Origin: Gammaproteobacteria bacterium
GTDB taxonomy: Bacteria > Pseudomonadota > Gammaproteobacteria > Ga0077536
NCBI GenBank assembly: GCA_963662545.2
Contig: CAXXLL010000003.1
Coordinates: 2,304,001 to 2,368,000 of the forward strand
Direction: 5' to 3'
Length of the DNA stretch: 64,000 nucleotides
The notes below the pieces were generated by a model. The model was given only the letters and a program-made list of their open reading frames with translations, did not search any database and was not told where the DNA came from. Positions 51,058 to 61,994 of the stretch are shown here, piece after piece. The position numbers and the translations under genes are program-made. Position 1 is the stretch's first letter; each line of letters opens with the position of its first letter.

Positions 51058-53680
51058 AGGCGGGGGTGGACTCTGATTCGCCCGCCAACTGGCGACATGC
51101 CCAGGACGCAAAGGCTTCCGGTGGCAGGGGCTTCGCGAACAGATAACCCTGCCCCTTGACGCAGCCTTCGCCGATCAGGAATGCGCGCTGTGCTTCCGTT
51201 TCGACGCCTTCTGCGATCACCTCGAGACGCAGGCTGTCACCTAGCGCGATCACGGCGCGCGTGATCGCCATGTCATCGGAATCGTCCGGAATATCGCGCA
51301 CAAAGGACCGATCGATCTTGATCTTGTTGATCGGCAGGCGCTTTAAATAAGCGAGCGAGGAGTAACCAGTGCCAAAATCATCGACGCTTAGCGACACGCC
51401 GAGATCACGCAGACCTTCCAGTGTTTCGATGGCGGCGTCGGCTTCGCGCATGATAAAGCCCTCGGTCACCTCGAGTTCCAGGTGCTCGGGCGGCAGTCCC
51501 GTCGCATCGAGGGCCTTCTCGCAGGTCTCGAGCAGGTCGCCCCGGCTGATCTGGGGGCCGGCGATGTTCACCGCAATCCGCTTGAGCGACAGCCCCACTT
51601 CGAGCCACGATTTCGCCTGACGGCAGGCCTCATTCAATACCCATTCGCCGATCGGCACGATCAGGCCTGATTCCTCCGCCATCGGAATGAAGCGGTACGG
51701 GGGGATCAGTCCTTTTCCCGGATGTTCCCACCGGATGAGTGCTTCTGCCCCGATCAGCTCACCCGTGAGCATGTCGATTTGCGGCTGATAATACAGGACG
51801 AATTGATCGCGTTGCAGGGCCTTGTGCAGGTTCTGTTCGAGCTGCATGCGTTCCAGGGCTTCACTCGTCATCGCCTCGGTATAAACAGCGAATGCATTGC
51901 GGCCCCGGCCCTTGGCTTTATACATCGCGGCGTCCGCATTGCGCAGCAACACGTCGATCGATTCGCCGTCGCGGGGATATATGCTGATCCCGATGCTGGG
52001 TGTGACATGCAGCTCCCGTCCTTCGATTTCGAACGGCTCGTCGAACGCGCTCAGGATCTTCTCTGCAACGCGCGTCGCGTGCAGGAGTGATGTAATGTCC
52101 TCCAGCAGCAGGGTGAACTCGTCCCCGCCGATACGCGCGACCGTGTCCTCCAGTCGGACGCATTGTCGCAAGCGCGCTGCCGCTTGTATCAGTAACTCGT
52201 CGCCCGCGTAATGCCCGAGGCTGTCGTTGATATTCTTAAAATGATCGAGATCGAGGAACAACAAAGCACCGCTGCTTGAGCGCCGCTTGGCACGTTCGAG
52301 CGCCAGTTCCAGACGCACGGCAAGGTATAGGCGATTCGGCAGTCCGGTGAGCGGGTCGTGGTGTGCGAGTTCCTCCAGTTCCGCCTGGGAGCGCTTGAGA
52401 TCGGTGATGTCCTGGCCGACACCGATGATCTCGAGCAGCTTGCCGTCATCGTCGTAACGGTTGACCGACGTCCACGATATGACTCGCGACTCGCCGGATT
52501 CGGTCTCGATGGTCATTTCGTAGTTCTTGACGCCGTCGGTCACGTCAAATATCCGAAACAGCCGCTCGACCTGCGCATACTTATCACCGGGGTAAACGAT
52601 GCGCCAGAAATTCTTGCCCAATATCTGCTCGCGCGTATATCCGCTGATCCGGCAGCCGCTATCGTTGATCGACACACAGATACCGTCGGGATCGAGGCCG
52701 ACGATATAAGACGGCGAATTCTGAACGATGTGCGCGGTATATTCCTTGAGCGCCCGAGTTTCCTCCAGCGTATGCCGCAATTTTTTCTGCTGCTCGATAT
52801 CGTCGGTAACGTCCTGAACCGTACCGATGGACCGTATGGCCGCGCCGGTTTTGTCATAGTGCGTGTCAAATTGAGCGCGGAGATGCTTGATCCGTCCGTC
52901 CGGGAAGGGGAAGCGGCAAATAACATCGTAGGGTCGCCTGGATTCGCGATGTTCGGTAAACGCCCGATCGACCTTGTCGCGGTCCTCGGGATGGATCAAC
53001 TCGAGTAACTCCTGAAAGGAATTCATCGTACGTTCCCAATCGAGCTCGAGAATCGCCTCGGTTTCCTTCGAAAACCAGAAGCTGTCGTTCTCCAGATCCA
53101 GTTCCCAACCGCCGATATGCGCGACCCGCTGGGCTTCTTCGAGGCGCGCCTCGCTTTTGATCAATTCTTCTTCGGCGCGTTTGCGCTCGGTCACGTCCAC
53201 GCCGATGCCGATGATTTCCACGAGTTCTCCCGACTCGCTGAACCGATTGACCGAGTTCCAGGAGATGATGCGCGACTCGCCCGATTTCGTCTCGATTTCG
53301 AGTTCGTAATCCCAAACGTTACCATCACGATCGAAATCGAAGACGAGCTGTTCAAGCTGCCGGTATTTATCGCCGGGATAGATGATGGACCACCAGTTCT
53401 TGCCGATCAGCTCTTCGCGGTCGTGACCTGTGATTCGGCACCCCGCATCGTTAATGGAAACCGTCGAACCGTCAGGCGCGATGCTCACGATCACGGAGGG
53501 TGAATGCTGGATGATGTGCTCGGTATAACTGCCGACCTCGGTCGAACGGCGGGACCCGAGCCCGAAAAGCGAAGGAAAAGAAAATTTGGGCGCAGACTCC
53601 TTACCGCCATCATCCGACCAGGCGTTCACGTGTGGCACGGTGATGAGCGTTGAGGCGAGTTTGCGATTGGGCGAGGACAT
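51038..53680 (-). CDS. Triple-PAS GGDEF-EAL protein
   Basis: Three PAS/PAC repeats, GGDEF, EAL, DDFGTGYSS. Confidence 0.95.
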   Translation of the reverse strand: MSSPNRKLASTLITVPHVNAWSDDGGKESAPKFSFPSLFGLGSRRSTEVGSYTEHIIQHSPSVIVSIAPDGSTVSINDAGCRITGHDREELIGKNWWSIIYPGDKYRQLEQLVFDFDRDGNVWDYELEIETKSGESRIISWNSVNRFSESGELVEIIGIGVDVTERKRAEEELIKSEARLEEAQRVAHIGGWELDLENDSFWFSKETEAILELDWERTMNSFQELLELIHPEDRDKVDRAFTEHRESRRPYDVICRFPFPDGRIKHLRAQFDTHYDKTGAAIRSIGTVQDVTDDIEQQKKLRHTLEETRALKEYTAHIVQNSPSYIVGLDPDGICVSINDSGCRISGYTREQILGKNFWRIVYPGDKYAQVERLFRIFDVTDGVKNYEMTIETESGESRVISWTSVNRYDDDGKLLEIIGVGQDITDLKRSQAELEELAHHDPLTGLPNRLYLAVRLELALERAKRRSSSGALLFLDLDHFKNINDSLGHYAGDELLIQAAARLRQCVRLEDTVARIGGDEFTLLLEDITSLLHATRVAEKILSAFDEPFEIEGRELHVTPSIGISIYPRDGESIDVLLRNADAAMYKAKGRGRNAFAVYTEAMTSEALERMQLEQNLHKALQRDQFVLYYQPQIDMLTGELIGAEALIRWEHPGKGLIPPYRFIPMAEESGLIVPIGEWVLNEACRQAKSWLEVGLSLKRIAVNIAGPQISRGDLLETCEKALDATGLPPEHLELEVTEGFIMREADAAIETLEGLRDLGVSLSVDDFGTGYSSLAYLKRLPINKIKIDRSFVRDIPDDSDDMAITRAVIALGDSLRLEVIAEGVETEAQRAFLIGEGCVKGQGYLFAKPLPPEAFASWACRQLAGESESTPAFKATNV

Positions 53681-53956
53681 CGGGCGGGGCGGCCCCTATT
53701 TTTTAATTACCTTTTAAGTATCGGCCAAATCCCGGATTTTTGTAGGCTGGGCGAGGCTTTAGCATAGTTTTACGATTCCAGGCCGGTTCGCTGGGAGTTG
53801 GGTGATCGCAGGTAATTGGGATTCGTTGCCCAAGGCGCAATAAAGGCCTAGGCGAATACTGGACTAGCGCCGATCGAATTTGCGAAATTCGCCAACTGCG
53901 GCCGTGGCCTAGCGGCCGATCGCCATCTCATTTCGCAGGAGTGAAAGCGCTTGGTG

Positions 53957-55408
53957 CTATTTCGCCGGCGCTGTCCGCCGCTTTTTCGACGGAGATTTTT
54001 CGCGCTTGCTTGCGGACACGGGCTTCTTACCGGCCTTCCATTCCGGCAACGTGCGGTAGGCGATGTGATTCGGCGGCAAGCGCTTGTGGCCGACGCCGAA
54101 GTAGTGTTCCCGCAGCGTCTCGGTCTCGTAATGGGTGCGTACGCGTCCGCGCCGTTGGAGTTCCGGTACGACCAGGTCGACGAAGTCGAAAAATCCGCTG
54201 GGCTGGTTGACCGGCACGAGGTTGATGCCGTCACAATCGGTTTCGTCGACCCAGCGCTCGATCTCGTCGGCAACCGTCGCGGGTGAGCCGATGATCTTTG
54301 GCATCACACTTCCGATCGAGAGGAACTCGCCTATTTCGCCAACCGTCCAATCGCGTTCCGGATCGACCACCGTGAAATAGTTCATCAGGCCCTGGATGGC
54401 ATCGGTCTTGACTTCGTCGAGGCGCTGTCCCGGTTCGAACTGCGCCAGGTCCACGCCTACCCAGCCGCTGAATAGCGCCAGCGCGCCCTCGGGACTGATG
54501 TAGCGTTTGCAGGTCTCGAGTTTCATCTGAGCTTCCGCATCGGTCGGGGCGACGATCACGGTTACTCCCGGAAATGCGCGCACCTGGTCGGGTTCGCGGT
54601 TTTCGGCGCAGGCCGCGTCCCGCACCTGCTTGATACCGTCGCGACAGGATTCGATCGTCGGCCAGATCCCGAAGATGCCTTCGGCGTGACGGGCTGCGAA
54701 TTTGACCCCTCGCCCGGACTGACCGGCCTGGAACAGCACCGGCGTGCGTTGCACCGAGGGTTCGCACATGTGGGGTCCCGGCACCTTGAACCACGGACCG
54801 ACGTGGTTGATCTCGTGCACCTTGTCCGGATCGTTGTGCACGTCGTTGACCACATCGCGCGCCGCCGCGTCTTCCTCCCAGGAGTGCTCCCACAGTTTGT
54901 AGACCACTTCCATGTATTCCTCGGCGCGCTCATAGCGCTGGTCGTGTTCCATCTGCTCGCCGATGCCGAAGTTCGCGTTGGCATCGGGCAGGTAGGAGGT
55001 GACGACATTCCAGGCAATGCGGCCCTTGGTCAGGTGATCGAGGGTGGAAAACACCTTTGCCGCCTGGTAGGGCGCGAAATAGGACGTGCTGTAGGTACAT
55101 GCAAACCCGATGTAGCGCGTGGCGTGGGCCAGTGCCGAAACGACCAGGGTTGGATCATTGCTCGGAAACTGTACCGCGTGCCGCACGGCCGCCGCGCGCG
55201 AACCCTTGTAGGTGTTGTAGGTGCCGTGGACGTCGGCCAAGAATAATGCGTCGAAACAGCCGCGCTCGAGATAACGCGCTAATTCCACCCAGTAATTGAG
55301 ATCCTTGTAGCCGTGCGATGATCGGTCGATGGGGTGTTTCCACTGCCCTTTCGAATGATGGCAGATAGAACACTGGGTAAAAGCATTGAGGTGAATCTGC
55401 TTGGCCAT
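53957..55408 (-). CDS. NtaA/DmoA-family FMN-dependent monooxygenase
   Basis: FDALFLAD, LDHLTKGRIAWNVVTS, QRTPVLFQAG.S..G..FAARHAE. Confidence 0.93.
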   Translation of the reverse strand: MAKQIHLNAFTQCSICHHSKGQWKHPIDRSSHGYKDLNYWVELARYLERGCFDALFLADVHGTYNTYKGSRAAAVRHAVQFPSNDPTLVVSALAHATRYIGFACTYSTSYFAPYQAAKVFSTLDHLTKGRIAWNVVTSYLPDANANFGIGEQMEHDQRYERAEEYMEVVYKLWEHSWEEDAAARDVVNDVHNDPDKVHEINHVGPWFKVPGPHMCEPSVQRTPVLFQAGQSGRGVKFAARHAEGIFGIWPTIESCRDGIKQVRDAACAENREPDQVRAFPGVTVIVAPTDAEAQMKLETCKRYISPEGALALFSGWVGVDLAQFEPGQRLDEVKTDAIQGLMNYFTVVDPERDWTVGEIGEFLSIGSVMPKIIGSPATVADEIERWVDETDCDGINLVPVNQPSGFFDFVDLVVPELQRRGRVRTHYETETLREHYFGVGHKRLPPNHIAYRTLPEWKAGKKPVSASKREKSPSKKRRTAPAK

Positions 55409-55563
55409 GATCGGCTCCTCGCCGCGCCCAGTCTAACCGATTGAGGCAGCGGAGGTGGGGTGGCCCTAGCAGCCTGTCGGACTTAGGGAATCTACTCGAC
55501 AATTGCTCCTGCATTGCTCTACCTCCTGCATCCATGCAGTCTTGCGGCGTTGGGATAGCGGTC

Positions 55564-57106
55564 CTATTTGAAATCGTTGAACAGCTTCCTGGTATTCAAG
55601 CTCAGAGGCGCGGCGCAGGCGCCCATCGCGAAGGCCGGACCCGGCCTGTTGCAATCGTTGACGCCTTTGTTCGATTCATCTGCGCGGGGATCAACTAAGG
55701 TGTACCCGTATTCCGATTCGGCGTCATCCTCTTGTTGTTCGGCCGGCGGTTTCGGCGGCGTCCACCCGCGGTCTTCAATGGGTGCGCGGGTGCGGCGCCC
55801 AAGGCGTTCGTCCGTGTTTTCAATCTGCTCGTTGAGCTCGCGATCCAGGCGCTCCAGGCGATCTTCAGCCTCGGCGTCACGGCCTGTGGTCACGCGCTCG
55901 TGGCGCACGATATGCGGGGTGATGAGCACCACGGTCTCGGTCTTGATGAGGAGTTGCTCGGACCGCCCAAACAGCCTTTCGATCAGCGGCAGGTCGCCGA
56001 TGATCGGGACATTTTCCCGCCGCTGGCTGGCTGTGTTGCGGATCAATCCGCCGATGAATATCGTCTGGCCGTCTTCGGCCAGGAGACGCGTGGTCACTTC
56101 GGTCGATTTCTTGCTCGGCACGCCATCGAGTGTCACCGTTCCCGAACTGACTTCCGGATGAATGTCCATCATGATCCGGCCCGCACGGTCGACGTAGGAT
56201 CTCACGCGCATGATGATGCCTGTCTCGAGAAACTCGACGCTTTCGGTGGTGACCTGGTTGATGGTCGTGGTCACGCGGTATCCAATCTCGTCACCGATGA
56301 TGACTTCTGCTTCCTCATGCTCCAGCGCCAGCAGCTTCGGCGTCGACAAGGTGCGTACCCGGCCCTTGACGCTCAAGGCGTTCAATACCGCTTCGACGTT
56401 CGAGTTGAACAGACTGAAAAAGAGTCCGGGTGCGGTGAGGGAGGCAAAGCCCTGCGCAGCGACGCGGCCGACGCCGCCATCCGAGCTAAAGAGCCGGGTC
56501 CAGTCAATGCCGTAGGTATCGCTCGCGTCCAGGGTTATTTCGAGGATGCGGGCTTCGATCAGGATTTGCGCCGGCTGCTTGTCGAGCTCGGTCAACAGGT
56601 TTTCGAGCCGGCGTATGAAGTCGGGCAGGTCCTCGACGACTAGCAGGTTGCGTTCAGGCAAGGCCGTTATCTTGCCGTAGCGCGAGAGGTGGTTCTCGAG
56701 AATCTCCGCTACGAGTTCCGGATCGCTGTATTGAATCTTGAACGAACGAACTTCCGTCAGGCCGCCCGCGATGTCCTTGCCGGCTTCCTCGCGGCTGACG
56801 ATGTAATAAGTCCCATCGTCATATTCGACGGCATAGCCGGCGGCTGCCGCCACGGTACGCACGGCCTGTTGCAAGCTTACATCGTAAAGATTGACGGAAA
56901 TTTCACCCGTTACGTCGCTGCTCAGGAGAATGTTCGTCTTGCCTTCACGGGACAGCATTTCGAACACTTCGGCGATATCCGCGTAGCGCACGGACAACGA
57001 GATGTTGCCAGCCGCCGCGAGCGGGACCGTGAACGCGACCGTCAATCCGAACAAAAGTATTTGTATCGCGCGCTTACTCACGGCCCTGGTTCTCATGGCG
57101 TTCATC
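55564..57106 (-). CDS. Secretin (PilQ/GspD family)
   Basis: QILIEARILE, LSTPKLL, IFIGGLI, VPIIGDLP..LF, VLITP; start uncertain. Confidence 0.92.
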
Positions 57107-57445
57107 GTCGAGCGATACCACGAAACTTTCATCCCCCTGTAGTAACACGACGTCACGCTCACCGGCGGCGACCACCTGGAAATTTTCGAACCGGCCGCCG
57201 ACCGCGATCAATTCCCCGTCGAGGTTAACAACCGTTGTTAGCGGTGAGCGCATGATGGCGCGCAGTCGCGGCACGGCGACGACAGCGTGCTCCTCTCCAA
57301 GCACCAATGGTTCAGGGGGCGCCAGTTCCTTCAGTGCAGGTTTGCGAAAGGGATCCGTCGTCAAGATGAACTTTTCGTCACCGGCATGCACCGTCCATAC
57401 AGCGGCGGCAAGCAAGGCGAAAAATTGGGGGACGCCCGTCTTCAT
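57074..57445 (-). CDS. Small exported PilP/MshK-like protein
   Basis: Signal peptide, DPF motif, position between the pilO-like gene and the secretin. Confidence 0.55.
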   Translation of the reverse strand: MKTGVPQFFALLAAAVWTVHAGDEKFILTTDPFRKPALKELAPPEPLVLGEEHAVVAVPRLRAIMRSPLTTVVNLDGELIAVGGRFENFQVVAAGERDVVLLQGDESFVVSLDDERHENQGRE

Positions 57446-58005
57446 GCGCCGCCGCTCCGCGAGCGATAAGAAACCATGGTCAATCGCATGCGCCTGGTAT
57501 CGCCTGGCGCGACGGGTTCGATGTCGAACGATTTGACCACCATGGGACCGAGTTCCCGCTCGGCGTCGTGCAACCAGGCCACGAGCCGGAAGTACCCCCC
57601 CACGACTTCGACGTGAAAGGGGATCTCGTCGAATTCGAAGACCTCCGCGATATCGCCGGGCTCGACGCTGATCAGTTGCACCCGGCGGCTCTGTGCGAGC
57701 CGATCGAGGCGACCGATAACGAAGGCCACCATTTCGTTTGCCGCGAGCGACGGGCCCGCGCCCTGGAGTTGTTCCCGCAGCGCCGCAGTACTCGCCTCGA
57801 CCGAACGAATGCGGGCCTCGATGGGTTGATCGCTCGGGTGTGCGCGGCGCAGATCGAAAAACGTATCTCGCGCTTCGGCCAGGTACCCCATCGGTTTCTT
57901 CAACACGTAGAGGTGGCCGGCCAGACCGGTCAGAGCGAACGCGACCGCCAGCAGCATCGCCAGACTGCGGGGCGGGACGTGCTGGGTGATCATCGGCCGA
58001 GGCAT
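57442..58005 (-). CDS. PilO-like protein
   Basis: Single TM, coiled coil, EIPF.VEV.GGY..L..WL. Confidence 0.75.
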   Translation of the reverse strand: MPRPMITQHVPPRSLAMLLAVAFALTGLAGHLYVLKKPMGYLAEARDTFFDLRRAHPSDQPIEARIRSVEASTAALREQLQGAGPSLAANEMVAFVIGRLDRLAQSRRVQLISVEPGDIAEVFEFDEIPFHVEVVGGYFRLVAWLHDAERELGPMVVKSFDIEPVAPGDTRRMRLTMVSYRSRSGGA

Positions 58006-58661
58006 CAGGCTTCCTGTGCGGTGTAAACCGTGATCGCGAGATCGAAATCGATCACTTCGCGCGTAGATGCGCGGCGGCTACGGGTTCTCAGGATCTTGAC
58101 GTCGGCGATTTCCGCACGTCCGAGCAGGCGTTTGACGAAGTCCGCGAGCGCGGTGTGGTCGATGGCACTGCCGGCAATCTCCATATGGGTCGCGAGTCGC
58201 CAGGTCTTTTCGGCAACGCCCTTGCGCGGCTCGGCCACGATGATGAAGTAGCCGGTGTGTACTGACTCGGGCGCATCATCGGTTACTTCGCCGCGCCGGC
58301 GAAAAGTCCATTTACGGAACCAGGTATCACCGTCCACCGCCGCGTCGATGAGCGCAAACATTCTTTCCGCCGGCAAGCCTCCGCGCAGGCTTTCCAGGAT
58401 TCGAACCCGTCGCGCGAGCACCTTCTGCTCCGCGTTCAATCGATCGAAATGTTGCCGCTGTTCAGCGTCGTAGCTGATATCAGCTCTCAGGGCATCGATA
58501 TTTTGCTCGATGCGCTTCTGCTCCAGACCAAGCACGGCACGGCTGCCGCCAATGGCTCCCAACAGTAGAACGAACACGGGTATGAACCAAACGAGCATGC
58601 GCCGCGCACGGCGTTCGCTCCGATAGTCCTGCGGGATCAAGTCGAGCTTGGCGGACGACAC
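58005..58661 (-). CDS. PilN-like protein
   Basis: LDLIP N-terminal motif, TM, coiled coil, I.G.A....L..FV..L. Confidence 0.75.
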   Translation of the reverse strand: MSSAKLDLIPQDYRSERRARRMLVWFIPVFVLLLGAIGGSRAVLGLEQKRIEQNIDALRADISYDAEQRQHFDRLNAEQKVLARRVRILESLRGGLPAERMFALIDAAVDGDTWFRKWTFRRRGEVTDDAPESVHTGYFIIVAEPRKGVAEKTWRLATHMEIAGSAIDHTALADFVKRLLGRAEIADVKILRTRSRRASTREVIDFDLAITVYTAQEA

Positions 58662-58662
58662 C

Positions 58663-59793
58663 TCAGGTCGTCTCCCGCAAAGCGAGGCCCGTGGCCACGG
58701 CAACCCCGGAGATCGGCCCGATGTCGCTCATATCGGTCGCCCCCTCGGAGACGTCGAGGCCGTAGAAGGGATTGATACTCGAGATCTCGACGCCGCACAG
58801 CGACGACAGCAAGCGGTCCGCATTGGGCCAGCGCGCGAGGCTCCCGAACGCGTAAATCTTGCCGGCAGAGCCGCGCGTTTCCGCCGCCACGTAATCACGT
58901 ATGCGAAGGACATCCTTGGCCAGAGCGATGAACTGAGGTTTGAGGATCTCCGACAGCGCGCTCTTGATGCCCGCCGCGGGGTCCGCGGCGTCATGGGTAG
59001 CGTCGACCGATCTGCCGAGCGCGAGTCCGTGGCGCTGCAAGAGGTCCAGGGCTTTCGCCGGCGTGCAGTCGAGGGCGTCACCGAGCCGGGACACGACGGC
59101 CCGAGTGCCGAAATCGATATCGCGATCGAGCAGCAATTCGCCGTTCGACAACACCGTGACGAAGCTCTTGACCGTGCCGAACGTAATGGCGACGACGGTA
59201 GAAGCCGCGTCCTTGTCGATCTCGGCGATCAAGCGCTGGATTGCGATCGGCCCGACTTCGAGCGCGACGACGTCGAGCGAGCATTTGCGCAGGGCTTCGA
59301 GATATCCGACCACGGCGTCGTGATCGGCTACCGCCACGAGCGCAGCTCGGCCGTTGCCGTCGTTGCCGCGCGCGATCGGCAGATAGTCGACTACCCGTGC
59401 TGCGATCGAACCGCCGAGCCGCTCCTCGGTTGCCCGAACGATCGCAGCGACCTCGTCGGTCGGGCTCTCGCAACGATAGTTGATCACGAGCATTTCAACG
59501 ATGGACGGCGGTACCGAAGCGACTACCTTGCGACCGCGAAATGGCCGCTCCGCGAACGCGTGGCGCATCAGGCGTTTCAATTCAAGCGGCGAATCGAGCA
59601 AAGCTTCGCGTTCGCGATCGTAAGGCAGCGATGCTGCGGCATGAATCCGGCACTCGCCGCCTAGGCGCGCGACCTGGACCAGGTTGACGCGTTCGGTGCC
59701 GAAATCGATACCGATGGCACCGGTCGATGCGACGCCCAGAAAGTGTGCGGGTACGAACGGACGCGCGTGCTTCAGGACCCCAGCAATAACCAT
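58663..59793 (-). CDS. PilM-like actin-fold protein
   Basis: IGIDFG...VNLVQ, INPF, AVATGLALR. Confidence 0.82.
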   Translation of the reverse strand: MVIAGVLKHARPFVPAHFLGVASTGAIGIDFGTERVNLVQVARLGGECRIHAAASLPYDREREALLDSPLELKRLMRHAFAERPFRGRKVVASVPPSIVEMLVINYRCESPTDEVAAIVRATEERLGGSIAARVVDYLPIARGNDGNGRAALVAVADHDAVVGYLEALRKCSLDVVALEVGPIAIQRLIAEIDKDAASTVVAITFGTVKSFVTVLSNGELLLDRDIDFGTRAVVSRLGDALDCTPAKALDLLQRHGLALGRSVDATHDAADPAAGIKSALSEILKPQFIALAKDVLRIRDYVAAETRGSAGKIYAFGSLARWPNADRLLSSLCGVEISSINPFYGLDVSEGATDMSDIGPISGVAVATGLALRETT

Positions 59794-60953
59794 GATCCAC
59801 TGTCCTCGAAATTCGTATTCTCGCCCGGCAACACGTGCCCGCGACCGCTGCATAAATCCTTCGCGGCATACAGATTCTGATCGGCGCGGCGATAGAGCAC
59901 CGACATCGGTATCGTCGAATCGAGCGAAGCCGCGACGCGCCCATAGCTCAGTGAAATCTTCGCCTGCTCGAGGCCCTTGATCGCCTGTACGCGCTCGCGA
60001 ATATCCTGCAGGGCCGCCTGCAGAAGCGGCTCCGGATCATGAGCTACGAGCAATACGCAGAATTCGTCGCCGCCGAGACGGATTACATACCCTTGCTCGC
60101 CAACATGTTCGCTGAGTGCCGTGCTCACGCATCGCAGAACCTTATCGCCCGCCGCGTGGCCGTAGGTATCGTTGACGATCTTGAAATCGTCGATGTCGAA
60201 CAAGGCGAAATGAAAGTCGTCGTTGCCGTCGCCGAAACGCGCGCACAGGTCCGCCAGCGCGTGCTTGAGGTAGCGCCGGTTCCACGCGCCGGTCAGGGGA
60301 TCGACGTTCGACAGGCGAAAGAGGTGTTCGCGGGCTTCTTCGAGGTCGTGGCGCGCAGTGAGCTCATTCTTGCGCACGGCCACCGCCCGCCCCACAACAG
60401 CAAGGCTCGCGACCGCCGTCGTGAACATAAAGACCTGGAGCAACATCAAGCTATCAGCGCCAAAGCGCGCGGCCACGCCCATGGTCGAACTGGTCAGCAG
60501 CAGCCAGATCACGACAGTCACGATCGTCGCCTCGCGTAAACCCCACGGCACCATCGGGATCACGACGAACAGCAGCAGCACGTTCGCCAGGAGCAGCGGG
60601 CTGATATGGCCCGTGCGGTGTGCGACGAAGACCAGCGCGGTTGCCGAGATGACGAGCAGGGCCATGCCGAGCAGATAGAGGCCGCGGACCTCTTTGATCT
60701 TGCTCGCCGACAGGAAAATGTGAATACACAGGGCGCCGACCAGCGCGTAGGCTTGGAGGTAATAGTCGTCGAGCTGGAGCTGGGCGTGGGCCAAGGTCGC
60801 GACCAGCACCAGGCCGGCGAGCACGGCGCTCATCGCGCGCACCCCCGTTCGAACCTCGCCAACGAGATTCGATTCGGCATAGTCGCAAAGTTCGTTTCGC
60901 GAGAAATTCGTCGCCGACCAGGTGTGCCTGATATCGTCTAGGAACTTACCCAC
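59772..60953 (-). CDS. Membrane-bound diguanylate cyclase
   Basis: About six TM helices; DPLTG, DIDDFK.VNDTYGH, RLGGDEF. Confidence 0.93.
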   Translation of the reverse strand: MGKFLDDIRHTWSATNFSRNELCDYAESNLVGEVRTGVRAMSAVLAGLVLVATLAHAQLQLDDYYLQAYALVGALCIHIFLSASKIKEVRGLYLLGMALLVISATALVFVAHRTGHISPLLLANVLLLFVVIPMVPWGLREATIVTVVIWLLLTSSTMGVAARFGADSLMLLQVFMFTTAVASLAVVGRAVAVRKNELTARHDLEEAREHLFRLSNVDPLTGAWNRRYLKHALADLCARFGDGNDDFHFALFDIDDFKIVNDTYGHAAGDKVLRCVSTALSEHVGEQGYVIRLGGDEFCVLLVAHDPEPLLQAALQDIRERVQAIKGLEQAKISLSYGRVAASLDSTIPMSVLYRRADQNLYAAKDLCSGRGHVLPGENTNFEDSGSWLLLGS

Positions 60954-61058
60954 GGACCACTCCTCTTTTTTTATGCGTTTTCATACCGGGTTATCGGATC
61001 CCCGGGACGATTCTTGAGGATCCGGCCGCCGCGCGAGAAAGCCTCGCCCGCTCGGTAT

Positions 61059-61898
61059 TCAGGCGGATTTGCGGACCGGGAACAGCAGGGCGATGACCTC
61101 GGCGACCTGCGCATCGAGATGCGCCCGCACATCGCTGACGGCCTCCTCGGTCAGCGTGGACAGGGCGTATGCGGCCGGGTGGATTGGCGGCGCCTCGCAT
61201 TCGTCGGCGACCTGGGGAATGCGGGCCGCGATGTGCACGATCGCCGTTTCCGTCGCGAAATCCTTGGCGGATGAGGGGTCGTTTTGATGGCGGATGGTCT
61301 GCTCGAGCGCCGCCGGCAGGCTCCAGGCCTTGAGCAGTTCGGCACCGACTTCAGCGTAATCGAGCCCGAACATCTCGCGCTGGACAACATGTAGCTCGCG
61401 GCCGTGTTTGCGCGCTGCCTCAGCAGCCTCTTGCAGAAAGCCGGGAGCCAGGATGGCGATGACCATCTTGCCGATGTGGCTCAACAAGCCGGACAGGAAA
61501 ATGCGCTCGCCGTCGAGGACGTTGCAGTGCGTCGCCAGGAGCTTAGATGCCACCCCGCGCCGGACGCTGTCTGCCCAGAAATCCGCGACGTTCAGCACGT
61601 CGTTGCGAACGCCTGAGAACATGGTCGCGACCGAGGTCGCGAGCAGCAGATCGTGGATCTGAATAGTACCCAGCAGGCTGACCGCGCGTGCCGTGGTGTC
61701 GACATTGGCGGCAAAGCCGAAAAAGGGACTGTTGGCCATGCGCAACAGGCGCGCCGTCATCCCCGGATCGGTCTCGATGGCACGCGCCATGTCGGCGGCG
61801 CTGGAATCCGAGTCGTCCAAGACGCCTTTGACTCTGAGATAGACGTCGGGAAGGGTGACGAGTTGCAGGCTGTCGCTGACGAGATCTTTCGCTTTCAC
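61059..61898 (-). CDS. HDOD domain protein
   Basis: LVTLP, DPGMTARLLRMANS, GLLSHIG, WSLP. Confidence 0.92.
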   Translation of the reverse strand: MKAKDLVSDSLQLVTLPDVYLRVKGVLDDSDSSAADMARAIETDPGMTARLLRMANSPFFGFAANVDTTARAVSLLGTIQIHDLLLATSVATMFSGVRNDVLNVADFWADSVRRGVASKLLATHCNVLDGERIFLSGLLSHIGKMVIAILAPGFLQEAAEAARKHGRELHVVQREMFGLDYAEVGAELLKAWSLPAALEQTIRHQNDPSSAKDFATETAIVHIAARIPQVADECEAPPIHPAAYALSTLTEEAVSDVRAHLDAQVAEVIALLFPVRKSA

Positions 61899-61994
61899 CG
61901 ACGCTATATTCTCTTTACTTAACGGTCCGTCTCCGGCTATCGGCTGAGCGTGATATTTCTTGAACGGAACCGATGGTTCGGCATGAGGCAGTAT